Of a stretch of 64,000 nt of DNA, positions 11,598 to 22,661 are shown piece by piece. A model generated the notes under the pieces. It was not told the DNA's origin, did no database searches, and saw nothing but the letters and a program-made list of their open reading frames with translations. The stretch comes from Escherichia coli. Its GTDB lineage: Bacteria > Pseudomonadota > Gammaproteobacteria > Enterobacterales > Enterobacteriaceae. Both the position numbers and the translations under genes were made by a program. Positions within the stretch are counted from its first letter, which is position 1; each line of letters begins with the position of its first letter. The stretch lies in the NCBI RefSeq assembly GCF_002854065.1, contig NZ_CP024147.1; one strand, 5' to 3'.

Positions 11598-11633
11598 CGT
11601 GATCGATCGATTAATAATAACCGATCGATCACG
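11598..11633. promoter_or_regulatory. Perfect inverted repeat cgtgatcgatcg-N12-cgatcgatcacg with four GATC sites, upstream of the PTS EIIC gene
   Basis: 12-bp perfectly complementary arms read directly from the sequence, AT-rich 12-bp spacer, about 210 bp upstream of the EIIC start. Confidence 0.3.
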
Positions 11634-11841
11634 GTTATATATTGCTCTATTTTTGCAAATCAAATCACAAATAATCAAATAAGATCTTTAATTGAACTGT
11701 TTTGATTACTACAGTGCACTTACCGAATACATACAGAGGCATTGCTTAGCGAAACACAAAATTTCCTGAGACATTATTAACGTCAGCAGAAGGTTCATGC
11801 ATTGACAACGGAAATGTACGCTTATGGAGGGCGTTCCGACG

Positions 11842-13944
11842 ATGTTTGCCAAATTCATAGATGTTATTCAAACGTTTTTAACTGAACCGGCAATTTTAAT
11901 TGGTTTGCTGGTGGGTATTGGTTATGCCCTTGATAAGAAATCGCCAATAAAAATTATTACCGGCATGGTCAGCGCCATGGTGGGATTAATGATGGTGTTA
12001 TTTGGTGGTTTCCAGTTTTCCGCAACATTTAAACCGGTAGCAGAAGCCGGGTGATGCTGCCAACTTACTGATTTAGTGTATGATGGTGTTTTTGAGGTGC
12101 TCCAGTGGCTTCTGTTTCTATCAGCTGTCCCTCCTGTTCAGCTACTGACGGGGTGGTGCGTAACGGCAAAAGCACTGCCGGACATCAGCGCTATCTCTGC
12201 TCTCACTGCCGTAAAACATGGCAACTGCAGTTCACTTACACCGCTTCTCAACCCGGTACGCACCAGAAAATCATTGATATGGCCATGAATGGCGTTGGAT
12301 GCCGGGCAACCGCCCGCATTATGGGCGTTGGCCTCAACACGATTTTCCGCCATTTAAAAAACTCAGGCCGCAGTCGGTAACCTCGCGCATACAGCCGGGC
12401 AGTGACGTCATCGTCTGCGCGGAAATGGACGAACAGTGGGGATACGTCGGGGCTAAATCGCGCCAGCGCTGGCTGTTTTACGCGTATGACAGGCTCCGGA
12501 AGACGGTTGTTGCGCACGTATTCGGTGAACGCACTATGGCGACGCTGGGGCGTCTTATGAGCCTGCTGTCACCCTTTGACGTGGTGATATGGATGACGGA
12601 TGGCTGGCCGCTGTATGAATCCCGCCTGAAGGGAAAGCTGCACGTAATCAGCAAGCGATATACGCAGCGAATTGAGCGGCATAACCTGAATCTGAGGCAG
12701 CACCTGGCACGGCTGGGACGGAAGTCGCTGTCGTTCTCAAAATCGGTGGAGCTGCATGACAAAGTCATCGGGCATTATCTGAACATAAAACACTATCAAT
12801 AAGTTGGAGTCATTACCCAGAAGCCGTAAGTAAAGCCTATGGTGTTCACGGATATTTAATGGATTCCTACGCAATGAAAGCGGCAACGCAAATTGCATTG
12901 GGGGATAATTTTGGTTATGTCGGGTATGTATTTGTACTGGCGTTTTTTACCAACCTGCTGCTGGTATTATTTGGTCGGTATACTGGTGCCAAAGGGATAT
13001 TTTTGACAGGGAATACCGGTGTTTCACATTCTCAGGCGGTATTATGGTTGATTGTCTTTTGGCTGGGTTTTAGCTGGACTACATCCATTATTATTGCCGG
13101 AATATTAACGGGTGTATTCTGGGCGTTCTTCACCACGCTCATTGTTAAGCCCATTGCCAAAGTTACCAAAGATGCCGGTTTTACCATTGCTCATAACCAG
13201 ATGTTGGGATTGTGGTTTTTCTCCAAATTCGCCCATAAATTTGGTGACCCTGAAAAGCACGATGCTGAAAACCTGAAACTTCCCGGGTGGCTGGCGATTT
13301 TTAACCATAACGTAACGGCTATCGCCATTGTGATGACGCTGTTTGTCGGTGGTTTCTTGCTATCAACGGGTATCGATAATGTCCAGTTAATGGCGAAAGG
13401 CAAGCCCTGGTACATCTATATCATCAACCTTGGCTTACAGTTCTCCATGTATATGGTCATTCTGCTGCAGGGTGTGCGCATGATGGTGGGCGAAATTAAC
13501 GGTTCGTTTAAAGGCTGGCAAGATCGCTTTATTCCTAACGCTATTCCTGCTGTCGATGTTGCAGCGCTGTTACCTTTTTCACCCAATGCCACAACGTTAG
13601 GCTTCGTCTTCTGTACTTTTGGCACCATTTTTTCGATGGGGATCTTATTACTGGTTCACAGCCCAATTATGGTATTGCCTGGCTTTGTACCTCTGTTTTT
13701 CTCTGGCGGTCCAATTGGCGTATTAGCAAACCGCATGGGCGGATACCGTTCCGTAATTATCTGTACGTTCTTGCTGGGTATTATTCAGACCTTTGGTACG
13801 GTGTGGGCTATTCCGTTAACCGGGCTTGCTGAAAATGGCGTCGGCTGGACAGGAATATTTGACTGGGCAACCGTATGGCCTGCTATTTGTGAAGTTCTGA
13901 AATTTATCGCTGCAACATTCCATCTTGGTCCTTACGCGGGTTAA
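11842..13944 (+). pseudogene. PTS ascorbate-family (UlaA/SgaT-like) EIIC, split by an IS1 insertion
   Basis: ORFs 11824..12054 and 12859..13944 both resemble UlaA; removing IS1 plus one TSD copy (777 bp) restores one in-frame ORF of about 441 aa; start codon 11842 vs 11824 uncertain. Confidence 0.8.
12050..12817 (+). mobile_element. insAB: IS1 copy 1 (768 bp) with 9-bp target-site duplication CAGAAGCCG
   Basis: Terminal inverted repeats ggtgatgctgccaacttactgat / ...aagttggagtcattacc; insA 12105..12380 and insB 12299..12802; identical 9 bp at 12041..12049 and 12818..12826. Confidence 0.95.
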
Positions 13945-13965
13945 TTAAATATTAAGGGTTTAAAA

Positions 13966-14286
13966 ATGAAAGATACAATTAATATTCTGTTTGTCTGTGG
14001 TTACGGTGTAGGCAGTAGCGTTATGTTACAAACGGTCGTTAAAAAAGCGCTGACCAAATATGATTTCAAAGTTGAAATGGAACATACCGCCGCAGGTGAA
14101 GTCGGCGGATTTACCGACTGGGCGGATATTTTTGCTATTTCCAAAAAATTACTCGATGTGGTTAGTCTTGACCCGAAACAAGGGCAATATCTGATCCCGA
14201 TAGAGAATATTATGGACGGTGAAACTATTGGTCAGCAAATTTATGAAGTGGTTCAGCAACATTATCCGCATTTAATTAATCAATAA
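13966..14286 (+). CDS. PTS ascorbate-family EIIB component (UlaB/SgaB-like, 106 aa)
   Basis: NILFVCGYGVGSS motif typical of the EIIB phosphorylation-site cysteine region; immediately downstream of the EIIC gene. Confidence 0.8.
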   Translation: MKDTINILFVCGYGVGSSVMLQTVVKKALTKYDFKVEMEHTAAGEVGGFTDWADIFAISKKLLDVVSLDPKQGQYLIPIENIMDGETIGQQIYEVVQQHYPHLINQ

Positions 14287-14297
14287 GGTAGGGCGTA

Positions 14298-16556
14298 ATG
14301 AGAGCGATTATTCTGCTGTTCGATAGTCTGAATAAACGGGTAATGACTCCAACTTATTGATAGTGTTTTATGTTCAGATAATGCCCGATGACTTTGTCAT
14401 GCAGCTCCACCGATTTTGAGAACGACAGCGACTTCCGTCCCAGCCGTGCCAGGTGCTGCCTCAGATTCAGGTTATGCCGCTCAATTCGCTGCGTATATCG
14501 CTTGCTGATTACGTGCAGCTTTCCCTTCAGGCGGGATTCATACAGCGGCCAGCCATCCGTCATCCATATCACCACGTCAAAGGGTGACAGCAGGCTCATA
14601 AGACGCCCCAGCGTCGCCATAGTGCGTTCACCGAATACGTGCGCAACAACCGTCTTCCGGAGCCTGTCATACGCGTAAAACAGCCAGCGCTGGCGCGATT
14701 TAGCCCCGACGTATCCCCACTGTTCGTCCATTTCCGCGCAGACGATGACGTCACTGCCCGGCTGTATGCGCGAGGTTACCGACTGCGGCCTGAGTTTTTT
14801 AAATGGCGGAAAATCGTGTTGAGGCCAACGCCCATAATGCGGGCGGTTGCCCGGCATCCAACGCCATTCATGGCCATATCAATGATTTTCTGGTGCGTAC
14901 CGGGTTGAGAAGCGGTGTAAGTGAACTGCAGTTGCCATGTTTTACGGCAGTGAGAGCAGAGATAGCGCTGATGTCCGGCAGTGCTTTTGCCGTTACGCAC
15001 CACCCCGTCAGTAGCTGAACAGGAGGGACAGCTGATAGAAACAGAAGCCACTGGAGCACCTCAAAAACACCATCATACACTAAATCAGTAAGTTGGCAGC
15101 ATCACCGAATAAACGTTATCTGCCACCTTATGGCGATGCGTTAACCAAAGCGCCTAATTTCCAACGTCTGGCGGCTCATGCCGCCACCTTTGAAAACAGT
15201 TACGTCGGCAGTATGCCGTGTATGCCTGCCCGGCGGGAGTTGCATACCGGGCGATGTAACTTCCTGCATCGGGAGTGGGGGCCGTTAGAACCGTTTGACG
15301 ATTCCATGCCGGAGCTGCTTAAAAAGGCGGGGATCTATACCCACCTGATAAGCGATCATTTGCATTACTGGGAAGATGGCGGCGGGAATTATCATAATCG
15401 CTACAGTTCGTGGGAGATTGTGCGCGGACAGAAAGGCGATCACTGGCATGCAAGCGTTGCGCAACCGCCTATTCCCGAGGTGCTACGGGTGCCGCAAAAG
15501 CAGACCGGTGGCGGTGTTTCTGGTCTGTGGCGCCATGACTGGGCAAACCGGGAATATATTCAGCAGGAAGCGGATTTTCCACAAACTAAAGTGTTTGATG
15601 CAGGCTGTGCCTTTATCCACAAAAATCACGCGGAAGATAACTGGTTATTGCAGGTCGAAACGTTTGATCCGCACGAGCCGTTTCACACAACGGAAGAGTA
15701 TCTTTCCTTGTATGAAGATAACTGGGATGGACCGCATTATGACTGGCCGCGTGGCCGGGTGCAGGAAAGCGACGAGGCCGTGGAGCACATCCGTTGCCGG
15801 TATCGTTCGCTGGTGTCGATGTGCGATCGCAACCTGGGGCGCATTCTCGACCTGATGGATGAGCACGATCTGTGGCGAGATACCATGCTGATTGTCGGCA
15901 CTGACCACGGCTTTTTACTCGGTGAGCATGGCTGGTGGGCGAAAAACCAGATGCCTTATTACAACGAAGTTGCCAATAATCCGTTGTTTATCTGGGACCC
16001 GCGCAGTGGTGTAAAAGGAGAGCGGCGACAGGCACTGGTACAAATGATCGACTGGGCGCCAACGTTGTATGACTTTTTTCAACAGCCAGTGCCGCCCGAT
16101 GTGCAGGGGCAACCGCTGGCGAAAACGGTCAGTCACGATGAACCAGTACGCAGCTCGGCGATGTTTGGTGTCTTCAGTGGTCATGTTAACGTAACTGATG
16201 GGCGTTTTGTCTATATGCGTGCAGCGCTGCCGGGGCGTGAGGATGATATTGCCAACTACACGTTGATGTCCTGCAAAATGAACAGCCGCTATCCGGTGGA
16301 TGAGATGCGGGCTTTATCGCTGGCCCCACCGTTTCGTTTTACCAAAGGGTTACAGGTATTACGCATCCCGGCACAGGAAAAATATAAGGGGTTGAATCAG
16401 TTTGGTCATTTGCTGTTTGAGCTGCAAAACGATCCGCAGCAGCTACATCCGATTCATGATGATGTGATCGAGTCCCGGATGATCGCGTTGCTGATTCAGT
16501 TGATGAAAGATAATGATGCGCCGCCAGAGCAGTTTCAGCGCCTGGGATTAGCGTAG
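14298..16556 (+). pseudogene. Cys-type (formylglycine-dependent) sulfatase, split near its 5' end by an IS1 insertion
   Basis: ATG at 14298 encodes MRAIILLFDSLNKR, then IS1, then the ORF resumes in frame (YLPPYGDA...); sulfatase signature C-M-P-A-R-x4-T-G present; no signal peptide. Confidence 0.8.
14339..15106 (-). mobile_element. insAB: IS1 copy 2 (768 bp, reverse orientation) with 9-bp target-site duplication GAATAAACG
   Basis: insB 14354..14857 and insA 14776..15051 on the minus strand; identical 9 bp at 14330..14338 and 15107..15115. Confidence 0.95.
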
Positions 16557-16606
16557 AGAAGTGATTTTGCCGGAGTGGGTGTTCGCCCACTCCGGCAAAT
16601 GAATAA

Positions 16607-17338
16607 TTATTGCGGGAACCACTGATCGCTGATTTGTTGATATGTACCGTCAGCTTTAATTGCTGCCAGCGCGTTATTCAGTTTTTCCAGCAGAGCTTTG
16701 TTATCCGGACGTACAGCGATACCCAGACCGGTGCCAAAGTATTGCGGATCGGTCACTTTTTCAGTAGCAACGCCCAGTTGCGGATTGGTTTTCAGCCATT
16801 CATTAACCACCGCAGTGTCACCAAATACGCCATCAATACGGCCATTTTTCAGATCGATAAAGGCATTTTGATAACTGTCATAGGAGACCGTTTTCACTTC
16901 CGGGTGCTGATCCTGAATATATTTCTGGTGCGTAGTACCGTTTTCCATCCCAATGCGTTTGCCTTTCAGGTCGGCAAACGTTTTGTAGGTATCTTTTTTG
17001 GCAATCACGACGGCTGAGTTTTCGTAATAGGGCGTGGTGAACGATACCTGCTTGCTACGATCTGGTGTGATATCCATACCGGAGATTACGGCGTCATATT
17101 TCCTGAATTTCAGTGACGGGATCAGGCTGTCGAAAGCGTGATTAGTAAAAGTACATTCTGCCTGCATTTGTTTGCACAAGGCTTTTGCCAGGTCGATATC
17201 AAAGCCGACAATCTCATTATTAGCACCTATAGATTCAAAGGGTGGATAGGTGGCTGAAACGCCAAAATTGATTTTCTCTGCGGCAGAAGCACCGAAAGTA
17301 AAGGAAGCAAGTAATGCGGCAAGAACTAACTTTTTCAT
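16607..17338 (-). CDS. artJ: Arginine-binding periplasmic protein ArtJ (243 aa)
   Basis: Signal peptide MKKLVLAALLASFTFGASA; paralogous to artI in this window; start trimmed from the ORF track. Confidence 0.9.
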   Translation of the reverse strand: MKKLVLAALLASFTFGASAAEKINFGVSATYPPFESIGANNEIVGFDIDLAKALCKQMQAECTFTNHAFDSLIPSLKFRKYDAVISGMDITPDRSKQVSFTTPYYENSAVVIAKKDTYKTFADLKGKRIGMENGTTHQKYIQDQHPEVKTVSYDSYQNAFIDLKNGRIDGVFGDTAVVNEWLKTNPQLGVATEKVTDPQYFGTGLGIAVRPDNKALLEKLNNALAAIKADGTYQQISDQWFPQ

Positions 17339-17406
17339 GATGGAACTCCCGTCTGTCAATCTTATGATTTTTGGCCGTGTCTGCGGCATGGGATAACAAT
17401 GCCATC

Positions 17407-17447
17407 AAGTGAATTTATATGCAATAAATATGATTAAATAATTTGCA
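17407..17447 (-). promoter_or_regulatory. Candidate ArgR operator (ARG-box-like) upstream of artJ
   Basis: Minus-strand TGCATATAAATTCA resembles the ARG-box core TGAAT-N4-ATTCA; the adjacent second half-site is weak. Confidence 0.35.
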
Positions 17448-17453
17448 TGAAAT

Positions 17454-17487
17454 AAAAAAAGACGGACAACTTAGTGAGTTGTCCGTC
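17454..17487 (-). terminator. Intrinsic terminator of the artPIQM operon
   Basis: 10-bp stem gacggacaac/gttgtccgtc, followed on the minus-strand transcript by a U7 run (plus-strand A7 at 17454..17460). Confidence 0.6.
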
Positions 17488-17511
17488 TTTATTATAAGAA
17501 TTTATGCACTA

Positions 17512-17655
<144 letters not shown>

Positions 17656-17666
17656 ACGCAGCTACA

Positions 17667-18335
17667 TTAATTCCGCCGTTCAAATGCCAGTGCTTTGCGC
17701 TCGATCAGACGCATCATCAGCGTCAGCAGGCCGTTGACGACCAGGTAAATAATCCCTGCCGCACCGAACACCATTACATCGTAGGTGCGTCCGTACAACA
17801 ACTGGCTGTATCCCATCACTTCCATCAGCGTAATGGTGTAAGCCAGAGAGGTACTTTTGAACACCAGCACCACTTCGTTGGAATAAGAAGAGAGCGAGCG
17901 TTTAAAGGCATACGGCAGCAGGATCGCCAGCGTATCTTTTTTGCTCATTCCCAGGGCGCTACAGGACTGCCACTGACCTTCTGGGATCGCACGAATTGCA
18001 CCGTAAAACAGCTGCGTGGTATACGCCGCACTGTTCAGCGATAACGCAATCAGCGCACATAACCACGGTTCTGACAACAAATGCCACAGTGCCGGATACT
18101 CCTGCAACGTCGGAAACTGGCCCGGCCCGTAATAAATCAGGAAGATCTGCACCAGCAGCGGCGTACCGGTAAACAGTGTGATATAACCCCGCACCAGCCA
18201 CACCAGCACCGGCGTTTTCAGCGTCAGGATGATGGTAAAAATCAACGCCAGAATCAGCGCCACAATCAGCGAGGCAACCGTCAGCGTCAGGCTGGTGTGC
18301 AGCCCTTTCATCAGTTCGGGTAAATACTCAAACAT
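17667..18335 (-). CDS. artM: Arginine ABC transporter permease ArtM (222 aa)
   Basis: Permease ORF in the art cluster; synteny. Confidence 0.9.
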   Translation of the reverse strand: MFEYLPELMKGLHTSLTLTVASLIVALILALIFTIILTLKTPVLVWLVRGYITLFTGTPLLVQIFLIYYGPGQFPTLQEYPALWHLLSEPWLCALIALSLNSAAYTTQLFYGAIRAIPEGQWQSCSALGMSKKDTLAILLPYAFKRSLSSYSNEVVLVFKSTSLAYTITLMEVMGYSQLLYGRTYDVMVFGAAGIIYLVVNGLLTLMMRLIERKALAFERRN

Positions 18336-19051
18336 TAGCTGGGCCTCCGCTCAAAACGTGTCGCGCGCAGGTCAATGCGTTTGAGAATGTACTGACTCAA
18401 CAGGGTGATCACCAGGTAAATCGCCGCCGCCACAATGTACCAGGTAAATGGTTCCTGGGTACGGGTAGCGATGCTTTTGGTTTGTAACATTAAATCATTC
18501 ACACTAATCAAACTGACCAGCGCGGTATCTTTCAGCAGCACCAGCCACTGGTTACCGAGGCCAGGCAACGCATGACGCCACATCTGCGGCATCACCAGAC
18601 GGAAAAAGATAGCCGATTTCGACAGCCCCAGCGCCTGGCCGGATTCCCACTGACCCATCGGCACCGCTTTCAGCGCGCCGCGCAGCGTTTGAGAGGCATA
18701 GGCGGCATAAAGCAGCGACAGAGCGATGACACCGCAAAGGAACGGACTCACGTCGAAGTTTTCAATATCCACCTGCACCGGGATCTGCACGAACCCAAGA
18801 TTGATAGTGAAGCCATCCGAAAGCGTCAGCAGCAGCTGTGAGGAGCCAAAATAGATAAACAGCACCACCAGAATTTCTGGCAGGCCACGCAGAATGGTTA
18901 CCAGCGCTGAACCTGACCACGCGACAGGACGCCATTTTGCCGACTCCCACACCGCAAAGAACATCGCCAGCGCCAGTCCGACAATCAATGCACAAACGGC
19001 AAGGCCGACGGTCATCCCGGCGGCGCTTGCTAAAGGAAAAAATTCATTCAT
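18335..19051 (-). CDS. artQ: Arginine ABC transporter permease ArtQ (238 aa)
   Basis: Permease ORF in the art cluster; synteny. Confidence 0.9.
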   Translation of the reverse strand: MNEFFPLASAAGMTVGLAVCALIVGLALAMFFAVWESAKWRPVAWSGSALVTILRGLPEILVVLFIYFGSSQLLLTLSDGFTINLGFVQIPVQVDIENFDVSPFLCGVIALSLLYAAYASQTLRGALKAVPMGQWESGQALGLSKSAIFFRLVMPQMWRHALPGLGNQWLVLLKDTALVSLISVNDLMLQTKSIATRTQEPFTWYIVAAAIYLVITLLSQYILKRIDLRATRFERRPS

Positions 19052-19057
19052 CAGGAA

Positions 19058-19789
19058 TTACTTCTGGAACCATTTGTTGTAGATGGTTTCGTAAGTGCCA
19101 TCTTTCTTCACTTTTTCCAGCGCAGTGTTGAGTTTCTGCTGCAGTTCAGTGTTGCCCTGACGTACCGCGATGCCGAGGCCAGTGCCGAAGTAATCTTTAT
19201 CGGTCACTTTGTCGCCCACCGCCGCCAGTTTCGGGTTATCTTTCAGCCACTCAGTGACCACTGCGGTGTCACCGAAGACGCCGTCGATACGCCCGTTTTG
19301 CAGATCCAGTTTTGCGTTCTGGTAGCTGTCATACGGAACGGTAGTGATTTCCGGGTGCTTATCCATAATGAATTTCTGGTGTGTCGTCCCGTTCTGTACG
19401 CCGACTTTTTTGCCTTTCAGCTGATCAACACTGGTGTATTTGCCTTGCTGACCCACAAACAGGGCAGAGTTGTCATAGTACGGGGTGGTAAACAGCACCT
19501 GCTTTTCACGTTCTGGGGTGATATCCATCCCGGCCATCACCGCTTCTACGCGACGGAATTTCAGGCTTGGGATCAGGCTGTCAAACGCCTGGTTAGAGAA
19601 AGTACAGGTTGCATCAATCTCTTTACACAGTGCCTGTGCCAGGTCGACGTCAAAACCAACGATCTGGTTGTTTGCATCAATCGATTCAAACGGAGGATAG
19701 GAGGCTTCGGTAGCAAAACGAATGGTTTCGGCAGCTGTGGCGGAAAGACTAAAACCTGCAATTAACGCGGCAATCAGAACTTTTTTCAT
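19058..19789 (-). CDS. artI: Arginine-binding periplasmic protein ArtI (243 aa)
   Basis: Signal peptide plus binding-protein fold; paralogous to artJ. Confidence 0.9.
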   Translation of the reverse strand: MKKVLIAALIAGFSLSATAAETIRFATEASYPPFESIDANNQIVGFDVDLAQALCKEIDATCTFSNQAFDSLIPSLKFRRVEAVMAGMDITPEREKQVLFTTPYYDNSALFVGQQGKYTSVDQLKGKKVGVQNGTTHQKFIMDKHPEITTVPYDSYQNAKLDLQNGRIDGVFGDTAVVTEWLKDNPKLAAVGDKVTDKDYFGTGLGIAVRQGNTELQQKLNTALEKVKKDGTYETIYNKWFQK

Positions 19790-19806
19790 TGTTGTTATCC
19801 CGAATC

Positions 19807-20535
19807 TTAGTGAGAGAGATAGTTTTTAAATGCTTCGGTTTGCGGCTCGGTAAAGCAGCTCGCGTCGCCTTGTTCTACGATATGACCATTTTCCATATAC
19901 ACCACTCGGCTGGCGGTTTTACGCGCCACTTCAACTTCGTGGGTGACGATCACCTGGGTAATATTCGTTTCTGCCAGCTCACGAATGATGCTGACGATTT
20001 GTGCCGTAATTTCCGGGTCCAGTGCGGCGGTCGGTTCATCAAACAGCAGTACCTGCGGTTCCATCATTAACGCACGGGCAATAGCAACACGCTGCTGCTG
20101 ACCACCAGAAAGATGCAGCGGGTAACGATCGCTATAAGGTTTGAGACGCAGACGTTCCAGCAGTTTTTCTGCACGGGCCAGCGCCTGATCTTTACTCAAC
20201 CCCAGTACACGGCAGGGCGCTTCAATCAGGTTTTGCTGCACGGTCAGATGCGGCCACAGGTTGTATTGCTGAAACACCATGCCAACGTTACGACGCAAAT
20301 CGCGAATCGCTTTGTCTGAGGGTGTTTTGGTGAAATCGAAATGGTTGCCTGCAATGTTGAGCGTACCGGAGCGCGGCATCTCAAGCAGATTGAGTACACG
20401 CAGCAGCGAGCTTTTACCCGCGCCGCTGGGGCCAAGTAACACCAGCGTTTCGCCCTGTGGGCAATCCAGCGTGATATCGAACAGCGCCTGATGCGCGCCG
20501 TAGAAGCAATTAATGCCGTTTAATTGAATACTCAT
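19807..20535 (-). CDS. artP: Arginine ABC transporter ATPase ArtP (242 aa)
   Basis: Walker [10 protein letters not shown], signature LSGGQQQR; start trimmed to [13 protein letters not shown]. Confidence 0.9.
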
Positions 20536-20752
20536 TGACACTCGTATACTGGCAGTCTGATAGCTATTGAGGTCGAAGATAGTACCTTTGACAGAATAAT
20601 TATGCAATATTTCTGCTTTAAAAGTTAAAAGCAAAGCGCATTATTCAATAAACATAGCACAAAATAACGGGGGCGGTGGTCGGCGAGCATAAATGTCGGC
20701 ATTCCTCACGAAATGCCGGACAATTTACGGGGTTTATTGGTTGATCAAGGCG

Positions 20753-21268
20753 TTAGCGATTCTCGATGGACTGACGGAGCGTACCCGCCGTGGCATGAAC
20801 GCTACCGCCTAAGTAGCGCACATCGTCGATCACCCAACACTGGCCTTCCTGAATCATTAACACTTCATCCTGCCAGCCCTGGTCACCCTGCTTGAGATCC
20901 ACGCGCAATGGAATGTTACGGGCATCACGATTAGGGATAGTCGATGCACTGGCAACGTGGGCGCTGTCTGGCAAGGTGGTTCGACTGGAGAACGGATCGC
21001 TGCTTAACAATTCACGATGACTATTATCGCGGCTGGCATCGCTAAGTAGGGTTGCCAGTTTGTCACTCAAATAGGGGCGCAGGGCGGTAATGTCATTGCT
21101 GCGATGTTGAATGCGGTAGTCATAGAATTGTTGGGCTACGCTGTCAGGCCCCCCCTGGACACAGGAACCGGTGCGGGGACCGTTATCTTTATAAGCTGGC
21201 GTGACGGTGGTACAGGCACTCAGCAGCAGTGCACATGGAATAAGTAGAGATAGTGAACGGTAGCGCAT
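20753..21268 (-). CDS. ybjP: Lipoprotein YbjP
   Basis: Lipobox LLLSAC after a signal peptide; synteny after artP. Confidence 0.8.
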   Translation of the reverse strand: MRYRSLSLLIPCALLLSACTTVTPAYKDNGPRTGSCVQGGPDSVAQQFYDYRIQHRSNDITALRPYLSDKLATLLSDASRDNSHRELLSSDPFSSRTTLPDSAHVASASTIPNRDARNIPLRVDLKQGDQGWQDEVLMIQEGQCWVIDDVRYLGGSVHATAGTLRQSIENR

Positions 21269-21891
21269 AATCATTTCCTTATTAGCTTGCTGTCTGCGTC
21301 ACACTACGACCAAACGCTATCAGATTATTTAATACATTGTTTTTAATACAATTCTGAAACAATCTGAACACCTGATTGGGTTTGAGTCCATTGCTGGCTA
21401 CCCACTCAAGGTTGCTCGTAGCTGACTTACTTAAATTACCCAAACAATAGACAGTGTAAACCATTTGTGAGGTTGAGCGTGTTATATGGCTGAAATGATC
21501 ATTTAAGGTAAATATGATAGTTCTGAAATGGTGGTATAAATCCTCCTGTAGAGGTTAAGAGCATCTGCAAGAAGCCAGTTTCACATTTATAACGCGTGAT
21601 AAATGAACGCGGTTATTGTCTAATCATTACAAATTTTTCACATGCGATAAGAGATCCTGCTATTAAGATGATTGCCAAAATTACGTTGTATTTTTGAAAA
21701 TGAGCGAAATTTGATAGTCCCAGCTTTGACTTTTGATAATATTATTTATGTTACAGTTGTGGGTATAAAATATAATCTTTTTGAACAAGTGAATTTGAGC
21801 GAAGAATAAATCAAGTTGTTTCAGTGTTTCGTTAATTAATATGAGTATAAAAGGTGTTGTGCTTTTACAATAATAAAGCGCGAGGAGTTCG

Positions 21892-22661
21892 GTGGATTAT
21901 CGTTTTTCTTGGGTGATTTTTAATATGATAAACAATATATCTGATCAAGCGTCATCATTTCCATGCACACAATTGAATCAAAGTGATAATTTCCTCGATT
22001 CACTGAGGGAATTTTTCGCGATATTAAATTCCAGTCGTAAGGGTGAGTTGTCTACATGGGATACCATCTACTTGCATCTGATATTAGCAATAAATGCTGA
22101 CAGTGATCTCATAAAAAATGATGTGTTGCTCGCGGAAAATATTCCAACAGCGGATTATCAATTTAATACATTTTTAGTAATGCTTTCGAGACTGATGTTA
22201 AAAAATATCTGGGTAAATCAGAAGATAACGAAGTTGAAATAAAAACGGGTAATGAAAGAATCTCTATTGGAATACGTAACATATCGAATGGAAAACTTGA
22301 AAGACAAAAGTTTCTTTTCCCACTGGACTATGAGAATAAATTACAACATCAATTAGACAAGCATTTTACGATTGAATCGCACCCATTATTATACAGGCAT
22401 ACTATGGGTAGTAAGATTGCGAATGTGATTTTTGAAAAATTATACAGTCGTATTGACTTTAACAAAGAACAATATATATCCTTTATAAAGGACGCGTTTC
22501 TTCATTTTTATGATTATAGCAGGCGATATGCAATTAATGAGAATATTGCAAAAGACGCTGTAACAAACAATATCGCATTGATGAGCACTTTTTATGACAG
22601 TGATAATACGTCAGGTGAGGTTTTAAATAATGATTTTACAGAAGAGTCATTTGAAACTGCG
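21892..22661 (+). pseudogene. 5' fragment of an AT-rich gene of unknown function: frameshifted, then truncated by IS1
   Basis: ORF 21892..22242 (frame 1) overlaps an open frame-0 segment 22167..22661 that runs into the IS1 end; possible GTG start with a gaggag Shine-Dalgarno. Confidence 0.4.

Noticed and set aside
12138-12768. Antisense ORFs inside IS1 (71, 89 and 96 aa), repeated in every copy
   Set aside because: They overlap insA/insB on the opposite strand; IS1 is known to encode only InsA and the InsAB' frameshift product.
16569-16596. Inverted repeat gccggagtggg / cccactccggc between the sulfatase gene and artJ, as an intrinsic terminator
   Set aside because: Strong hairpin, but it is not followed by a U-run on either strand, so I did not call it a terminator.
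11545-16600. PTS/sulfatase islet as a prophage or integrative element
   Set aside because: No integrase, phage structural genes, tRNA attachment site or flanking direct repeats; the only mobile elements are the two IS1 insertions.
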